Shown here one piece after another: positions 26,403-37,253 of a stretch of 64,000 nucleotides of DNA (the stretch's first letter is position 1; the number at the start of each line of letters is the position of its first letter). A program made the position numbers and the translations under genes. This DNA is from Candidatus Multivorans sp. (GTDB lineage Bacteria > Acidobacteriota > Thermoanaerobaculia > Multivoradales > Multivoraceae). The stretch is from NCBI GenBank assembly GCA_965238135.1, contig OZ250177.1, forward strand, positions 4,192,599 through 4,256,598, written 5' to 3'. Below the pieces are notes generated by a model. The model was given only the letters and a program-made list of their open reading frames with translations. It was not told the origin of the DNA and did no database searches.

Positions 26403-27845
26403 TTGCTGAGGATGGATCAGGTTCATGTTATTCGGTACCAGGTGCTGAGGGAGGGTCGGAGCCAGCGCTCGGTGGCCCGCGAGCACGGTGTGAGCCGCAA
26501 CACGGTGCGCAAGTACCTGGATCAGAGCGAGCCGAAGCGGGTGGAGAGCAAGCCCCGGCGTCGCTGGGTGACGGAGCGGATGGCGCCGCGTCTGGAGGAG
26601 TTGCTGCGCAGGTGGTCTCGCCGGACGACGGCGAAGCAGCGTCTGACGGCTACGCGCCTTCATCGGCAGTTGCTGGAGGATGGCTACGAGGTCGGGATCA
26701 CGACGGTGCGCAGCTACGTTCGGGAGTGGAAGCGTCAGCGGCGGGAGACGTTCATTCCGCTGGTGCACCGTGCCGGCGAGTGCGGCCAGGTGGACTTCTT
26801 CGAGGTGACGGTGGAGGAGGACGGTGTGGCTCACCGGGTGTGGAAGTTCCTGCTGCACCTGCCGTACTCGGGCCGTTCGTTCGTGTGGCTGTACGACCGT
26901 TGCGACCAGGTGGCGTTTCTCGACGGCCATGTGCGGGCGTTCGCTCACTTCGGCGGCGTGCCGCTGCGGCTGGTCTACGACAATCTGAGTGCGGCGGTGC
27001 GTCGTCGGGTCGGCGCCGAGCGTCAGTTGACGGATCGATTCCAGGCGCTGGTGAGCCATTATCTGTTCGAGCCGTGCTTCGCCCGTCCCGGCGAGGGCCA
27101 CGACAAGGGCAGTGTGGAGTCACGGGGCAAGGGGATCCGCCTGGCGCACATGAGTCCGGTGCCCCAAGGGCGCACTCTGGAGCAGATCGCAGGCGAGGTG
27201 CTGGCTTCGGTCGACGCGGCACACAGTGAGCGCGCCCGGTGGGAGGAGGAGCAGGAGGCACTGCGAGAGCTGCCGGCGGCCGGCTTTGAGCCAAGGAAGC
27301 TCAAGATCGTGCGGGCGTCGCGCCAGGCGACGGTGCAGTTGGGCGGTGCGACCTACTCGGTTCCCTCGCGCTGGAAGAGCCTCGAGATCCACGCCCTCGT
27401 CGGCGCCAGCGAGATCACCTTCACCTGCCGCGACGAGGAGTACTGCTGCGACCGCATGCGGCCGGGACAGCGCTTGGTGCGCTACGCGCACTACTTCGAG
27501 GAGCTGTCCAGGAAACCTCAAGCGGTGCGTCAAGTCGCTCCAGAGCTGCTCGCAGAGCTCGGTCCGGCGTACCGCAAGCTATGGAGAATGCTGGAGTTGC
27601 GGCACGGCGCCCTGGAGACGGCGCGGCTCTTCGCCAAGCTGTTGAGCGTGGTCACAGACCACGGCAGCGAGGAGGTCGCCTCCGCCCTCGAGGAGGCCTT
27701 GGCCGCCGGCCGCTTCGACCTGCTGAGGCTCGTCGAGCGGCGTCCCGCCCCCGAGATCGAGGTGCCGGAGACGCTCCGGCGCCACGAGGTCGAGAGCGCC
27801 AGAGCCGCCGACTTCGACGTGCTGCTTCAGGAGGCGGCATCGTGA
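26403..27845 (+). CDS. istA: IS21-family transposase IstA
   Basis: N-terminal HTH (VIRYQVLREGRSQRSVAREHGVSRNTVRKYL) plus DDE core. 480 aa. Confidence 0.9.
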   Translation: MLRMDQVHVIRYQVLREGRSQRSVAREHGVSRNTVRKYLDQSEPKRVESKPRRRWVTERMAPRLEELLRRWSRRTTAKQRLTATRLHRQLLEDGYEVGITTVRSYVREWKRQRRETFIPLVHRAGECGQVDFFEVTVEEDGVAHRVWKFLLHLPYSGRSFVWLYDRCDQVAFLDGHVRAFAHFGGVPLRLVYDNLSAAVRRRVGAERQLTDRFQALVSHYLFEPCFARPGEGHDKGSVESRGKGIRLAHMSPVPQGRTLEQIAGEVLASVDAAHSERARWEEEQEALRELPAAGFEPRKLKIVRASRQATVQLGGATYSVPSRWKSLEIHALVGASEITFTCRDEEYCCDRMRPGQRLVRYAHYFEELSRKPQAVRQVAPELLAELGPAYRKLWRMLELRHGALETARLFAKLLSVVTDHGSEEVASALEEALAAGRFDLLRLVERRPAPEIEVPETLRRHEVESARAADFDVLLQEAAS

Positions 27846-28594
27846 GCCGGGCCGCGCGCAGGGCCGTCATCAAAGAGGGCCTCAAGACGCTCAAGATGCC
27901 TTCCGTGCTGCGCGACTACGAGCAGAGGGCCCGTCAGGCCCAGGACGCACAGTGGGACTACGAGGACTACCTCTGGCAACTGCTCGAGGCCGAGATCCGG
28001 GATCGTGAGGCCCGCACCGTCGAGCGCCGGTTGCGAGCGGCTCGCTTCCCCGACCACAAGACGCTCGAACAGATCGACTTCGAGGCCTTGCAAGGCGTCT
28101 CCAAACCGAGGCTGCGCGAGCTGGCCTGCTGCGACTACATCGACCGCGGCGACGACGTGGTCCTGGTCGGACCCATCGGCACCGGCAAGACGCATCTCGC
28201 GATCGCTCTCGGCATCGAGGCCGCAAAGCGCCGGTACCGGGTCTGGTTCCGCAAGGCCTCCGATCTCGTCCGCGATCTGATCGAAGCCCGCGATCAGCGG
28301 GAGCTGGGGCGCCTGCAGCAGCGGCTTCAGCGAGTGGACCTGTTGATCTGCGACGAGCTCGGCTTCGTGCCCTTCGACCGCGCCGGCGGCGAGCTGCTCT
28401 TCAACGTCTTCGCCGACCGCTACGAGCGCCGCTCGACCATCGTCACCTCCAACCTCGCCTTCTCCGAATGGGTCCGGGTCTTCGGCGACGAGAAGCTGAC
28501 CACCGCTCTGCTCGACCGCCTCTCCCACCACGCCCACATACTCGCCACCAAGGGGTCCTCCTATCGGACACGGCTGCGGACCAAGACGTCATGA
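27842..28594 (+). CDS. istB: IS21-family helper ATPase IstB
   Basis: GTG start overlapping the istA stop. Walker A GPIGTGKTHLA, Walker B LLICDELG, ...SNLAFSEW... motif. Confidence 0.9.
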   Translation: MSRAARRAVIKEGLKTLKMPSVLRDYEQRARQAQDAQWDYEDYLWQLLEAEIRDREARTVERRLRAARFPDHKTLEQIDFEALQGVSKPRLRELACCDYIDRGDDVVLVGPIGTGKTHLAIALGIEAAKRRYRVWFRKASDLVRDLIEARDQRELGRLQQRLQRVDLLICDELGFVPFDRAGGELLFNVFADRYERRSTIVTSNLAFSEWVRVFGDEKLTTALLDRLSHHAHILATKGSSYRTRLRTKTS

Positions 28595-28857
28595 GCCTCA
28601 ACGGCGAGATACGCACAGCCTACGACCCCAAGTACCCGCCGCCGCTCAGCGAGCTGACCCGGTGCGGTCGGCTGCGGAATCTGCCGGTCTGGCGGAAAAC
28701 GGCGGACCGTTTCCCGCCAGACCTTGGAAAACCGGCAGACCGGTTTCCCACAGCTACCGCAGCCGCGGCGGCTACTCACTGAAGGAGACCCAAAAGGGCA
28801 GACTCGCGTACACTCGAAACACGGCCGAGGTGGCTCACTTTCAGATCGCTGATTGGC

Positions 28858-29442
28858 TCACTTTCCGATCGTCGCCAACATCCGCCAACCACTTCCGGCT
28901 GATCGTCTTGTGTAGGGCGTCGTGAGCGATCGCTGAGAGCGTCTGTTGGACGTCCCTGGGGTCGGCGATGAAGTGCGCCTCCAGTCCCCACTCCACCTTT
29001 CCCCAAGCTCCGCCTCGCCAATCGGTCGGACTTGGACTCGCCGGAGGCGTCGGAACGGGCCCGCGGCATTGCATGTCCAGGAGCGACAGAGTTGCTCGAA
29101 GGGCTCTCTGCGGGTTTTGGCTGCCAGGAAGACGCCGGTGAACGCCTCGAGGGTCGCCGATTGGTCGGCTGCGTCACACAACTCGGAGAGCTGCGGAGCC
29201 TCGGAGCCCGATGCGAAGACGAATCTATCGACGTTGCCAGCCAGTTCTTCGTCGATCGCTTGAAGAAGCCCGATGGAAGCGGAGGTCGGCCAACTCCACT
29301 TGCCGGATGTGCTGCGGCGTTTTACTTGGTGGAGTTCGCGCCGGTGCCCTTTCGTCACAACGAACTCGGCCTTGTCGAGACCGGGCTCTTCAAGGCGAAT
29401 GCTGTCCGAATCTCCGCGCCGGAGACGGACGGACTCGGCCAT
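28858..29442 (-). pseudogene. Hypothetical gene truncated by the IS21 insertion (189 codons, then read-through into the IS right end)
   Basis: The ORF runs 5 codons into the IS21 terminal repeat. The N-terminal region (AEFVVTKGHRRELHQVKRRSTSGKWSW...) has no clear family. Confidence 0.35.
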
Positions 29443-29582
29443 CGTCCACCCTTCTCGTAGCGGATACCCAGCTTGGCGGCGGGCCCTCCGGGCAGGGTCA
29501 TGTTCCGGGAACCCAGAACGGCGAGAGCAGCAACGTTGCTTTCTTGGCCTGCCTCATGAACCTGGGGCGACGAGCATCAGTG

Positions 29583-30662
29583 TCACGCATCCGTGGGGAA
29601 CCCCAGCAGGCCACCCAATCTCTGCTCCGCGAACAGGAGTCGGAGGCAGTCAGGAAGCTGCCTCTGCGGATTCTGGTAGAGCCGGACGCGAGCGATCCGC
29701 TCCGCACCCAGCGTGGCGTTGTCGCAGATCAGAACAGCCGCGGCGCGTGAAAGATAGGGCGCGAAGGGTCGGTTCTCAACGCCGGTTTCTTCTGGTGAGT
29801 CTGGCGCATGTATCGCCCGGAGTTCGTCCAGGTTCCAGGCAAAATCGGGGTTGCAGATGTTGACGGCGATCAGAAAGCACTTCTCCTTGAGGTTCGTCCT
29901 TCGCCAGTCTTCGGCCTTCTTGGCCAGGGCCCGAGTGAGTGGCGCCTGCGCGCTTACCGCGCCGCCTCGTGCTGGACCCCAGACTCGGCCCTGGCCGTTC
30001 GATGCGCGGGGTGGATCCAGGCGGCCGGTCAGTTCCCAGCCTCCTTCGCTGATCGTCTCTGACAGATAGCACTCTGCTTCGTGGCGACCCAGCCGCGAGT
30101 GCAACTCCCGCACTTCGTCTGGAGTGTGCGCCTTCATGAGGTCCTGGAATGGCCTGACGAGACCCCTTTGCCCCAGGGTTCTGCGAAGCTCGCCTTCGGC
30201 CCGAAGCCAGAGGTCCGAGTGCAGTCCCGTGAGGCCCTCCCCGATCTTGCGAACTGCGTCCTGCTCGTTCGCGTTCGAACTGAGAACGCCCCGGCCAAAG
30301 CCGCAGACGGTTGCCTCGACGTAGAACTCGTCCTCGCCGTGGCCCGCGAGAAAGTCGACGGTTGCACCAGAGGCACCGGGGAAGCCCGGCTCGACTTTGA
30401 TGGAGCAACCGAGGCGTTTCAGAATCGTGAAGACTTGTAGCTCGAAGTACGCGCTGAGGAATTCGGCGTCTCTGGACGATTGAAGGCGGTGCTTGAGGCG
30501 GTGCCTGCCGCTTTCAGGGAACGCCAGAAACCAGTGTTCCATCCACTCACGAATTGGGATCGCTTCCCTGCACGCTCCGCGCTCAAGGAACTGAAATGTG
30601 GTTTCGCCGTTATCGGCTGGCCCGTGTTTCTGTGCCACGGGTCGGAAGAGTGCGGTAGTCAT
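29583..30662 (-). CDS. Hypothetical protein (359 aa) in the DrmD/methylase operon
   Basis: ATGA overlap with the upstream DUF3644-like gene. Possible nuclease-like core (VDFLAGHGEDEFYVEATV), but no confident family assignment. Confidence 0.5.
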   Translation of the reverse strand: MTTALFRPVAQKHGPADNGETTFQFLERGACREAIPIREWMEHWFLAFPESGRHRLKHRLQSSRDAEFLSAYFELQVFTILKRLGCSIKVEPGFPGASGATVDFLAGHGEDEFYVEATVCGFGRGVLSSNANEQDAVRKIGEGLTGLHSDLWLRAEGELRRTLGQRGLVRPFQDLMKAHTPDEVRELHSRLGRHEAECYLSETISEGGWELTGRLDPPRASNGQGRVWGPARGGAVSAQAPLTRALAKKAEDWRRTNLKEKCFLIAVNICNPDFAWNLDELRAIHAPDSPEETGVENRPFAPYLSRAAAVLICDNATLGAERIARVRLYQNPQRQLPDCLRLLFAEQRLGGLLGFPTDA

Positions 30663-31726
30663 GGCCTGTTTGGCCCACTCTTGGGCCTCCAGCCCTTCAC
30701 CCGGTCGAACTCAGCTTTGTCACTGAGCTTCCGGAGAAGGAACTTCACCCAAGCCTCCTTGTAGCCGTAGCTCCTGGCCAACTCGTCGTAGATGCAGAAC
30801 TCCGGCCGAGTGGATGCCGGATTGTCGGCGCCAGTTGGAGGCCGGGCATTGTACGTCTTCCAGGCTTGCGTGTGGGTGTGCATGGAGAACTCCACGGGCA
30901 GGTGCTCGCGAAGGCGGCCCACGACTTCAGAAGGTCTGATGAGGCCGGCGCTAGCGACGGGCGTCCGCTTCTCTTTGATCATCGCAGCAAATTGCTTCAA
31001 CCGCTTCATCTCTTCTGGTTTCGTTGTGTCGTAGGGCACAAACTCCACTGCGAGGTCGGCTGCGCTGGCCCGGAGTGCGAGCTTTGGAAGCAAGAAGACC
31101 CTGACTGAGTACGACGAGCTCTCCAGCACTTCTGCCGGAAGACCGGCACGGTAGCTCTGGATGAAGTCCAAGAGGTCCTTGGCTGCCGACGAGCTCAGGC
31201 GTCGCAGCGCCTCCTTCTGCCCCTCGGGCCGGAAGGCAGAGAACTGGAGAGCCAAATCGAGATGCTCGGCAAGTGCTTGGTCAGTGCCGAACTTCGCGAC
31301 GAGAAGTTCCTCGAAGTTCATCAGCAGCGCTTGGCATTCGCCATAGAGCGCGGGATCAAGTTCGGGATGATGTCGATGTGCGATCTTGTTCCGGAGAAGC
31401 GACATGAACTCGAGGTTTCTGCGTTGTGGAGGGTTCTGGTCGCGATAGAACTGTCTGACACATGCGTTCAGTTCCCAGTGCTTCGGTTCGCCGTCGACTC
31501 TCTCGTACCTGGTGCCGCGTCCGGTGCCGCTTCGCACATACCATGGCTTTTGGCCGCGACGGTAGAAGATCGCGTGGAAGAGAGACGTCCACGCTATCGT
31601 CATGAGGACGGCAAACGTCCGCGTCCGAAAGGCGACGCCGGGCCTGTTGTAGATCTCAACCGCAGCCAGGCAAGCGTCTTCGGCCTGCTTCAGGTGGTCC
31701 TTGACGATCTTCGGGAGTCCGGCCAT
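30659..31726 (-). CDS. DUF3644-like protein
   Basis: Real start MAGLPKIVKDHLKQAEDACLAAVEIYNRPGVAFRTRTFAVLMTIAW matches the remembered DUF3644 N-terminus (IEIYNKP...F.ILM..AWE). ...LRNKIAHR... follows later. The first 142 codons of the track ORF are Pro/Arg-rich antisense overlap with the methylase gene. Confidence 0.5.
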   Translation of the reverse strand: MAGLPKIVKDHLKQAEDACLAAVEIYNRPGVAFRTRTFAVLMTIAWTSLFHAIFYRRGQKPWYVRSGTGRGTRYERVDGEPKHWELNACVRQFYRDQNPPQRRNLEFMSLLRNKIAHRHHPELDPALYGECQALLMNFEELLVAKFGTDQALAEHLDLALQFSAFRPEGQKEALRRLSSSAAKDLLDFIQSYRAGLPAEVLESSSYSVRVFLLPKLALRASAADLAVEFVPYDTTKPEEMKRLKQFAAMIKEKRTPVASAGLIRPSEVVGRLREHLPVEFSMHTHTQAWKTYNARPPTGADNPASTRPEFCIYDELARSYGYKEAWVKFLLRKLSDKAEFDRVKGWRPKSGPNRP

Positions 31727-31779
31727 TGTCAGTCGATTCTCGTCTCTCGTGGGCTTTGGCCTGGGCAGAATTTCGGTGG

Positions 31780-34700
31780 TCAGTCGAACAGGTCGGTCTG
31801 GTCGGCGTCGTCGGGATTGGGGGTCTTCGGGTCGTCCTCGTCGGAGGTGGTGAGCCATTGATCCCAGCGATGGCGGTCTTCGGCTACTTCGGAGAGTGGC
31901 TGGTCGGCGGTGGGGGAGGGTTCCTCGGCTGGGCTTTGTTCGAGATCGGCGAGGAGTCTGCGGTAGGCGTGTTCGCCGAGGAGGTGGCGGGCGTGGAGAT
32001 GGGTTTCGGCCCAGGCTTCTTCCGGGGTTTGGGCGAGTTGCCAGTCGTAGAAGCGGGGGCCGAGTTCGCTGGCGACGGGTTGGTGCTCTCTGGCGCGGTC
32101 GTCGTGGCCGAGGCCGTGGTCGGCGAGGCGGAGGGTTTCGGGTAGGCGCCAACCTTCGCCTTGGTTCTGGTTCATGAAGGACTGGATGCCGGCGTCGCGG
32201 TCGCCGCGAGCGGAGTCGATGTGGTGCTGGAGGTCGGCGAAGGCGATCTGGGCGAGGACGGTGAGGCGGAGTTCGGGGGGCTTGGTTTTGTCGACTCGCC
32301 AGAAGCCGCGAGGGTCGAGCCTGTTGGCGGCTGACGACCGTGTGGCGATTCTTGTTGTTGGCAGGTCAGTGTTGTCCAGCACGTGACGCAGGTCCGCAGT
32401 TTCGCAGTTGAACATCGAAGCTGAGATCGCGTCGATCGCCGCGCGTAGTCGCAGCCGTTCGGCGGGACTGAGCGCGTCGATAAGGCCGGGTCGGGTGTCT
32501 TGCTTGAGGCGGAAGGGGGCGAAGACCTTCGGGAAGAAGTTCATCTTGCTCGTGAGCATCGACAGGGCTCCCAACGTAGTGGGTCCGCTGCGGAGAACGA
32601 GGATCGTCTCTCGAAGGACATGCCAATTGAGAGTGGCGCCGGCGAGTCGACGGCGGAGTAGCCAGTCGAAGACGAAGCTGGCCAGCAGGGCTTCGGCACA
32701 GGCAATGTCTTGGATGGTTGACTCGGCGCGGCAGCTGCTGAGAACTGGAACCTTGTTGCCGCATGGGAAGGGAGGAACGACGGCGCCGATGAACGACCGG
32801 GCGTCGGTGCTCCGCGCTATATCCCGAAATCCTATTCGTGCGCTCCAAGTTCGCAGCAAGCCTTGGGCCGTCTGGCGGTCCATCAGGTATTGCGGATTCC
32901 AGACCAACGCGTCTGGAGTGTTGTAGTCCCACTTGGCTTGCAGGCCGGTGCCGCTCAGCCAGCCTCGGGCACTCGGCATGAATGGCTGGATCATGATTCC
33001 CTGGTACAGAGGCAGCGCCACGTCCTTGATATCGGTCTCCTGGATCCAGGCGTCGGCCTCTCTTGACAGGATGATGCCCTTCGGGATGGCGACCCTGGGG
33101 ATGGGCAGCCGGTCGTAGGGCGGCTGGGCGCATCGGATGCGTGAGGGTGTGCCCTGGACGTCGCCGGGGGCGAGCAGGTGGCCGTGGATGAAGGTCTGTT
33201 CGGCTTTGCGGCGCTCCGGGCCGGCCTCGCAGTCGAAGAGCCAGTCTTCGAGTTCGACTGCTGCCGGTTCCGGTAGGCCGGAATCGACGCCGAGTTCCAC
33301 CCACAACTCCCGGATCGGCCGCCAGTTGCCGAGCAGCCAACGGCTGTACTCGTCGGGGCGGTAGCCCTTCGCCTCCCACTGGGGCCGGGGTGGGAAGAGC
33401 TTGGAGTCGTTCGTCATGTGGAACTCTGTCGCGTAGCGGATGCCCCAGCCGTCGGGGCCGTCGTCGCCCAGGAGGACGGAGTTCGCGTAGATCTTCTCCA
33501 GGATCTCCAGGTCGCGCTGTGACTCGATCTCCAGGATCGCGCGGCTGTTTGGGCTGAACTGGAGCACCTGCTCGCGGCTGTACGGCACGGCCAGGTCCTC
33601 GGCCCGCTCCCAGTCGGTCAGGTCGCGGCGCATGAAGACGGCGCGGATGGCCTTGGTTGTACCGCCTTTCCGGACGATCACCGGGTTGAACTTGAACCGG
33701 CTGTCGATCGGGAACAGCTTGGCCCGGTTCTCGAAGCCGAACACCCACTCCCAGGTGCAGCGCTCCAGGAACAGGTCGCGCAACGCTCCGGTGCCCTTGT
33801 CGGAGTAGAGGCCGGAGGGCACGATGAAGCCGAGTCGGCCACCGTCGGCGAGCAGCGCGTGGGCCTGCTCAAGAAACAGCTTGTAGAGGTTGAGGTCGGC
33901 CGATCCCTGATGCCTGAAGGAGTGCTCCGTGTCGGCATAGCCGCGGGAGCGGCGTCTGGCCTTCCGCCAGCGGTCGTGCAGCCGGAGGTTCGGCTTCCCC
34001 CGGGCAGCGACAAAGCGGCGCTGGCTCTTGTCGTTCTCTTCCGGGTCACCGAAGGGTGAGGCGGCACAGGTCACGAAGTTCGATTGAGCGCGGAAGCGGG
34101 CGTTGTAGTTGAGCCAGTCTCGTTCGCTCGTTTCGTCGTCGTTGAAGTAGTCCTTCTGTCGGCGTACGGCTTCCTGCTTGCCGTAGGAGCGGTAGAGCGG
34201 ATCGATGCTTGAGAAGAACTCCTGAGACTTGGGTTTGGCGATGTCCCACGGCGGGTTGCCCAGCACCGCGTCGAACCCCGAGCCCCGCTCCCTGAACACG
34301 TCCGGGAACTCCAGTTCCCAGTGGAAGAAACGCATGTCCGCTGCGATGCGGTCGGCCACGGCGAGCGTGCCCGGTTCAGGGTCGGTGAAGGTTGTGGGCA
34401 GGGGAGGGCAGTCCAGTTCGTCTGCGGGCCAGAACCAGCAGGCGCACCACAGGTCCATTGCCTGCTTGAGCGAGCGCCATTCGCTTGAGCCGAGGAGTTC
34501 TGCGCGGTAGAGGCGGGCGCGGGCCGCGGAGTCCTGAATCGGCAGGTGATGCATGCGTTCGAGTGCTTCAAGCGCGGTGCGGTGTACGCCGGCCGCTTGT
34601 TCGAGCAGGTCTTCGTGAAAGAGAGTCGGGCCTTCCAGCACGTGGCGGAGGTCCGGGGTCAACTCGTCCTTGACCCATGCCTTGATTGCCTTCGTCTGGG

Positions 34701-37253
34701 CGCCCTTCTGGTAGTGGACGCCGTTCGAGTGGTTCTTGTCGCCGGCTTCACGGTTCTTCCAGGCCATGGAGGGGTAGTGCTGGAACTGGTCGAACCATGC
34801 GCCGATGAGTGAGTTCCCGCACCGGATCTTGTGATCGAGGAAGGAGAACGGCAGGTCGCGGTCCATCGTTTCGATCCAGAGCGACAACTGGCAGAGGGAG
34901 ACAGCCAGCGGATCCACGTCGACGCCATAGATGCAGCGTTCCACCACGTAGCGCTTGAGCTTGGCCCGGAGCCGCGGCTCGAAGTCGTCGGCATCGGGAG
35001 GGCAGGGGATCAGTTCGTCGCCGGGTTGCTCGACGGCGCCGGAACCTGTTCCGGGAGCGCCTTCTGACCTTCCGGCCAAGCCCAGCAAGCGGACCAGAGC
35101 GCGGTTGTCCTGCTTCTCGATCCGGTCGTGGTGCTCCAGCGAGGCGTAGAGCGCGTCGGTCAGGAAGCGTAGCGCCGCCAGTGGGAAGCTGCCCGAGCCG
35201 CACGCCGGGTCGCACACCTTCAGGCTCAGGATGTCTTCCGGCCGCTTGGGAGTCCAGTTCGCGGGCGGCGCGTGGCGGTCGGGTTCGCCGTTGGCGTCAA
35301 GCGGCGGGTCGTACGCGAGTGGGCGGAGAGTGCGCTGCACGGTGGGCACGGCGAGGCCGGGTCGGGTGTAGAAGCTGCCCGAGCCCTTGCGGGTGCCGCC
35401 CCAGCGGACCAGGTACCACTCGCCGGGGAGGACGACACGGCTCACCAGTTGACTCGCGCGCTTGCGGAGCGCCTCCTCGTGGGGGCCGAGGAACGTAGCC
35501 TGCGGCTTGGAGCGGCGCGGCTTCTTCACCAGGCCGGCGGCAAGGGCGGCGCGGCGCGCCCAGGTTTCGGCGCGGGTGCGGGTGGCGTGGCGGAGATCGT
35601 CGGTTGTGGCGGCGCCGTCCGAATCGCCTGAGGGCTCGGCGTGCTTCGCGGCGGGTGCGGGCAAGATGCCCACGTTCTCAGGCTCGTCTTCGTTCGGCTC
35701 GTCCGCCGGTTCGGCGTCCTTCTTGCCGGCCGTCTTCTTCATCGCCGCGAAGAGGTCTCGCAGTGCCTTGTCGTCCATCGCCTCCAGGCGGGCCAGGGGC
35801 AGCGCGGGCTGCTCGCCGACCGAGAGGAAGATGACCGAATCGTCGCTCGGCGCCGTCTTGAGTTCATAGTCCAACAGGCCTTCGTAGAGCACGCCGATGT
35901 ACTCGGTCGAGAGATCCGAGAAGTCCACCGGCGCCGACACCAGGCGGCTGCCGCGGCCCTGGCGGATGCGGACCTCGGTTCGTGTCAGGCGCTCCAGCAG
36001 ATCGTGAACCAGGGAGTCCGGCAGCAACTCTTCCCGCAGGCATGCGGTTTCGAAAGTGGCCAGGGAGCGGGAGAGGCCGTCCGCGGCCTCGGGCGAGCCG
36101 GGCGCGAACAGGTCGCCGCCGTAGGCGGGAACCGGCAGATCAGGATGGTGCGACCCGTCCCGCACCAGGTTGAACAAGGCCAGCAGCCGCGGCCAGGCGC
36201 CGTAGCTGCGAGTCTGCGAGCGGCCAGCCGCCGAACGCCTTCTGAGCGCTTCGTGCAGACCCCCCAGCCCGTAGCCGTCGTGGTAGACGGCGTCGTCGCG
36301 CGGCAGGAGCCCCCGCGCTTCCGCGAAGAGGATGACGACGAGGCGCATGATCACGCGGCAGGCGGCGCGGTAGATGTCCGCCGGATCGACCGTCGGGCAA
36401 TCTCGTTTCAGCGCTTCACCGTGGCTCTGGATCAAGAGTTCGACCGCCTCGCGCACCCGCTCGCCGAGGGCCTCCGAGAGTTCGGACTGGCCCTTGCGGC
36501 TGTCTCTTACGGCTTGCAGCAAGGGCGAATCGGACCCATCCTCGGGCGGCGTCCACAGGGGCGGCTGGATCAGGGTGGTGAGGGCGTTCAGGGCCGGCGT
36601 CGGCGCGCCGTCGGCGACCAGAGGTCGATGTCCCACTCGCACCAGGCATCGAAGTCGAGACCGGCGAAGAGGAGCCGCCACTGGCGGCCGTTCGTGACCA
36701 GGGCCAGCCGTTCGTTGCCGGCGCGAAGCCAGCCGAGGACGCGACTCGTTTCGCGCCGGCCGCGGCCGATGCCCACCTGCTTGTCGGAGGAAGCGAAGAC
36801 GGGCAGCACCGCGCCGCGGGGGCCGAGCCAGAGCTGGCGCGGCCGGACGCTCTCGCCGGTCAGCGCGCGGCGACTCCACTCGGCGGGCACGCGGTTGCCG
36901 CGCAGCCAGGACCCGCAACCGGGCTCGAACCCGCACAGGCGCTCCAGTACGAAGGCGATGAACTCCGACCTCTCGCTGGTGCTGCTCGGGCCGTGACCGC
37001 GCATCAGCTCCGCTCGTCGACGGAGATCGCTTTGGAGCCATGATCCGGGGGATTCCGGCGTGGAGTGGGCGGCGATCTCGCCCTGGCGCTGAGCGTCGAG
37101 CAGCAACCCGCCGTGGCGCAGGTCGTTCCAGCCCGGCAGGCCGGGGCGGGACCCGGATGCGGGCAGGATGCCCGCGTTCCCAGGGCCGACGGGGGCGCGG
37201 CTGCCGCCAGCGGCGCTGCCGTGCCCCTGACGACGAGGCGGGCGGCGGCTCAA
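31780..37253 (-). CDS. PglX/DrmMI-like (Eco57I-type) N6-adenine DNA methyltransferase, ~1.8 kaa, carrying a frameshift near 36615
   Basis: Motif I VCDPACGSGSFP. Motif IV LGNPPWD. Long C-terminal specificity-like region. The N-terminal ~210 aa are encoded in a different frame (36588-37253, TTGA overlap with the SNF2 stop) from the remaining 1610 aa. Confidence 0.8.

Larger units (their letters stand above)
26298..28874 (+). mobile_element. IS21-family insertion sequence (istA-istB) with multiple terminal repeats
   Basis: Left end has two tandem copies of CATCGCTCGGAAA(C/G)TGA(G/T)CCA (26298-26341). Right end has two inverted copies TGGCTCACTTTC(A/C)GATCG (28831-28874). Confidence 0.8.

Noticed and set aside
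30659-32152. 497-aa ORF
   Set aside because: The first 142 codons are Pro/Arg-rich junk overlapping the methylase 3' end. The DUF3644-like protein starts at the ATG at 31726.
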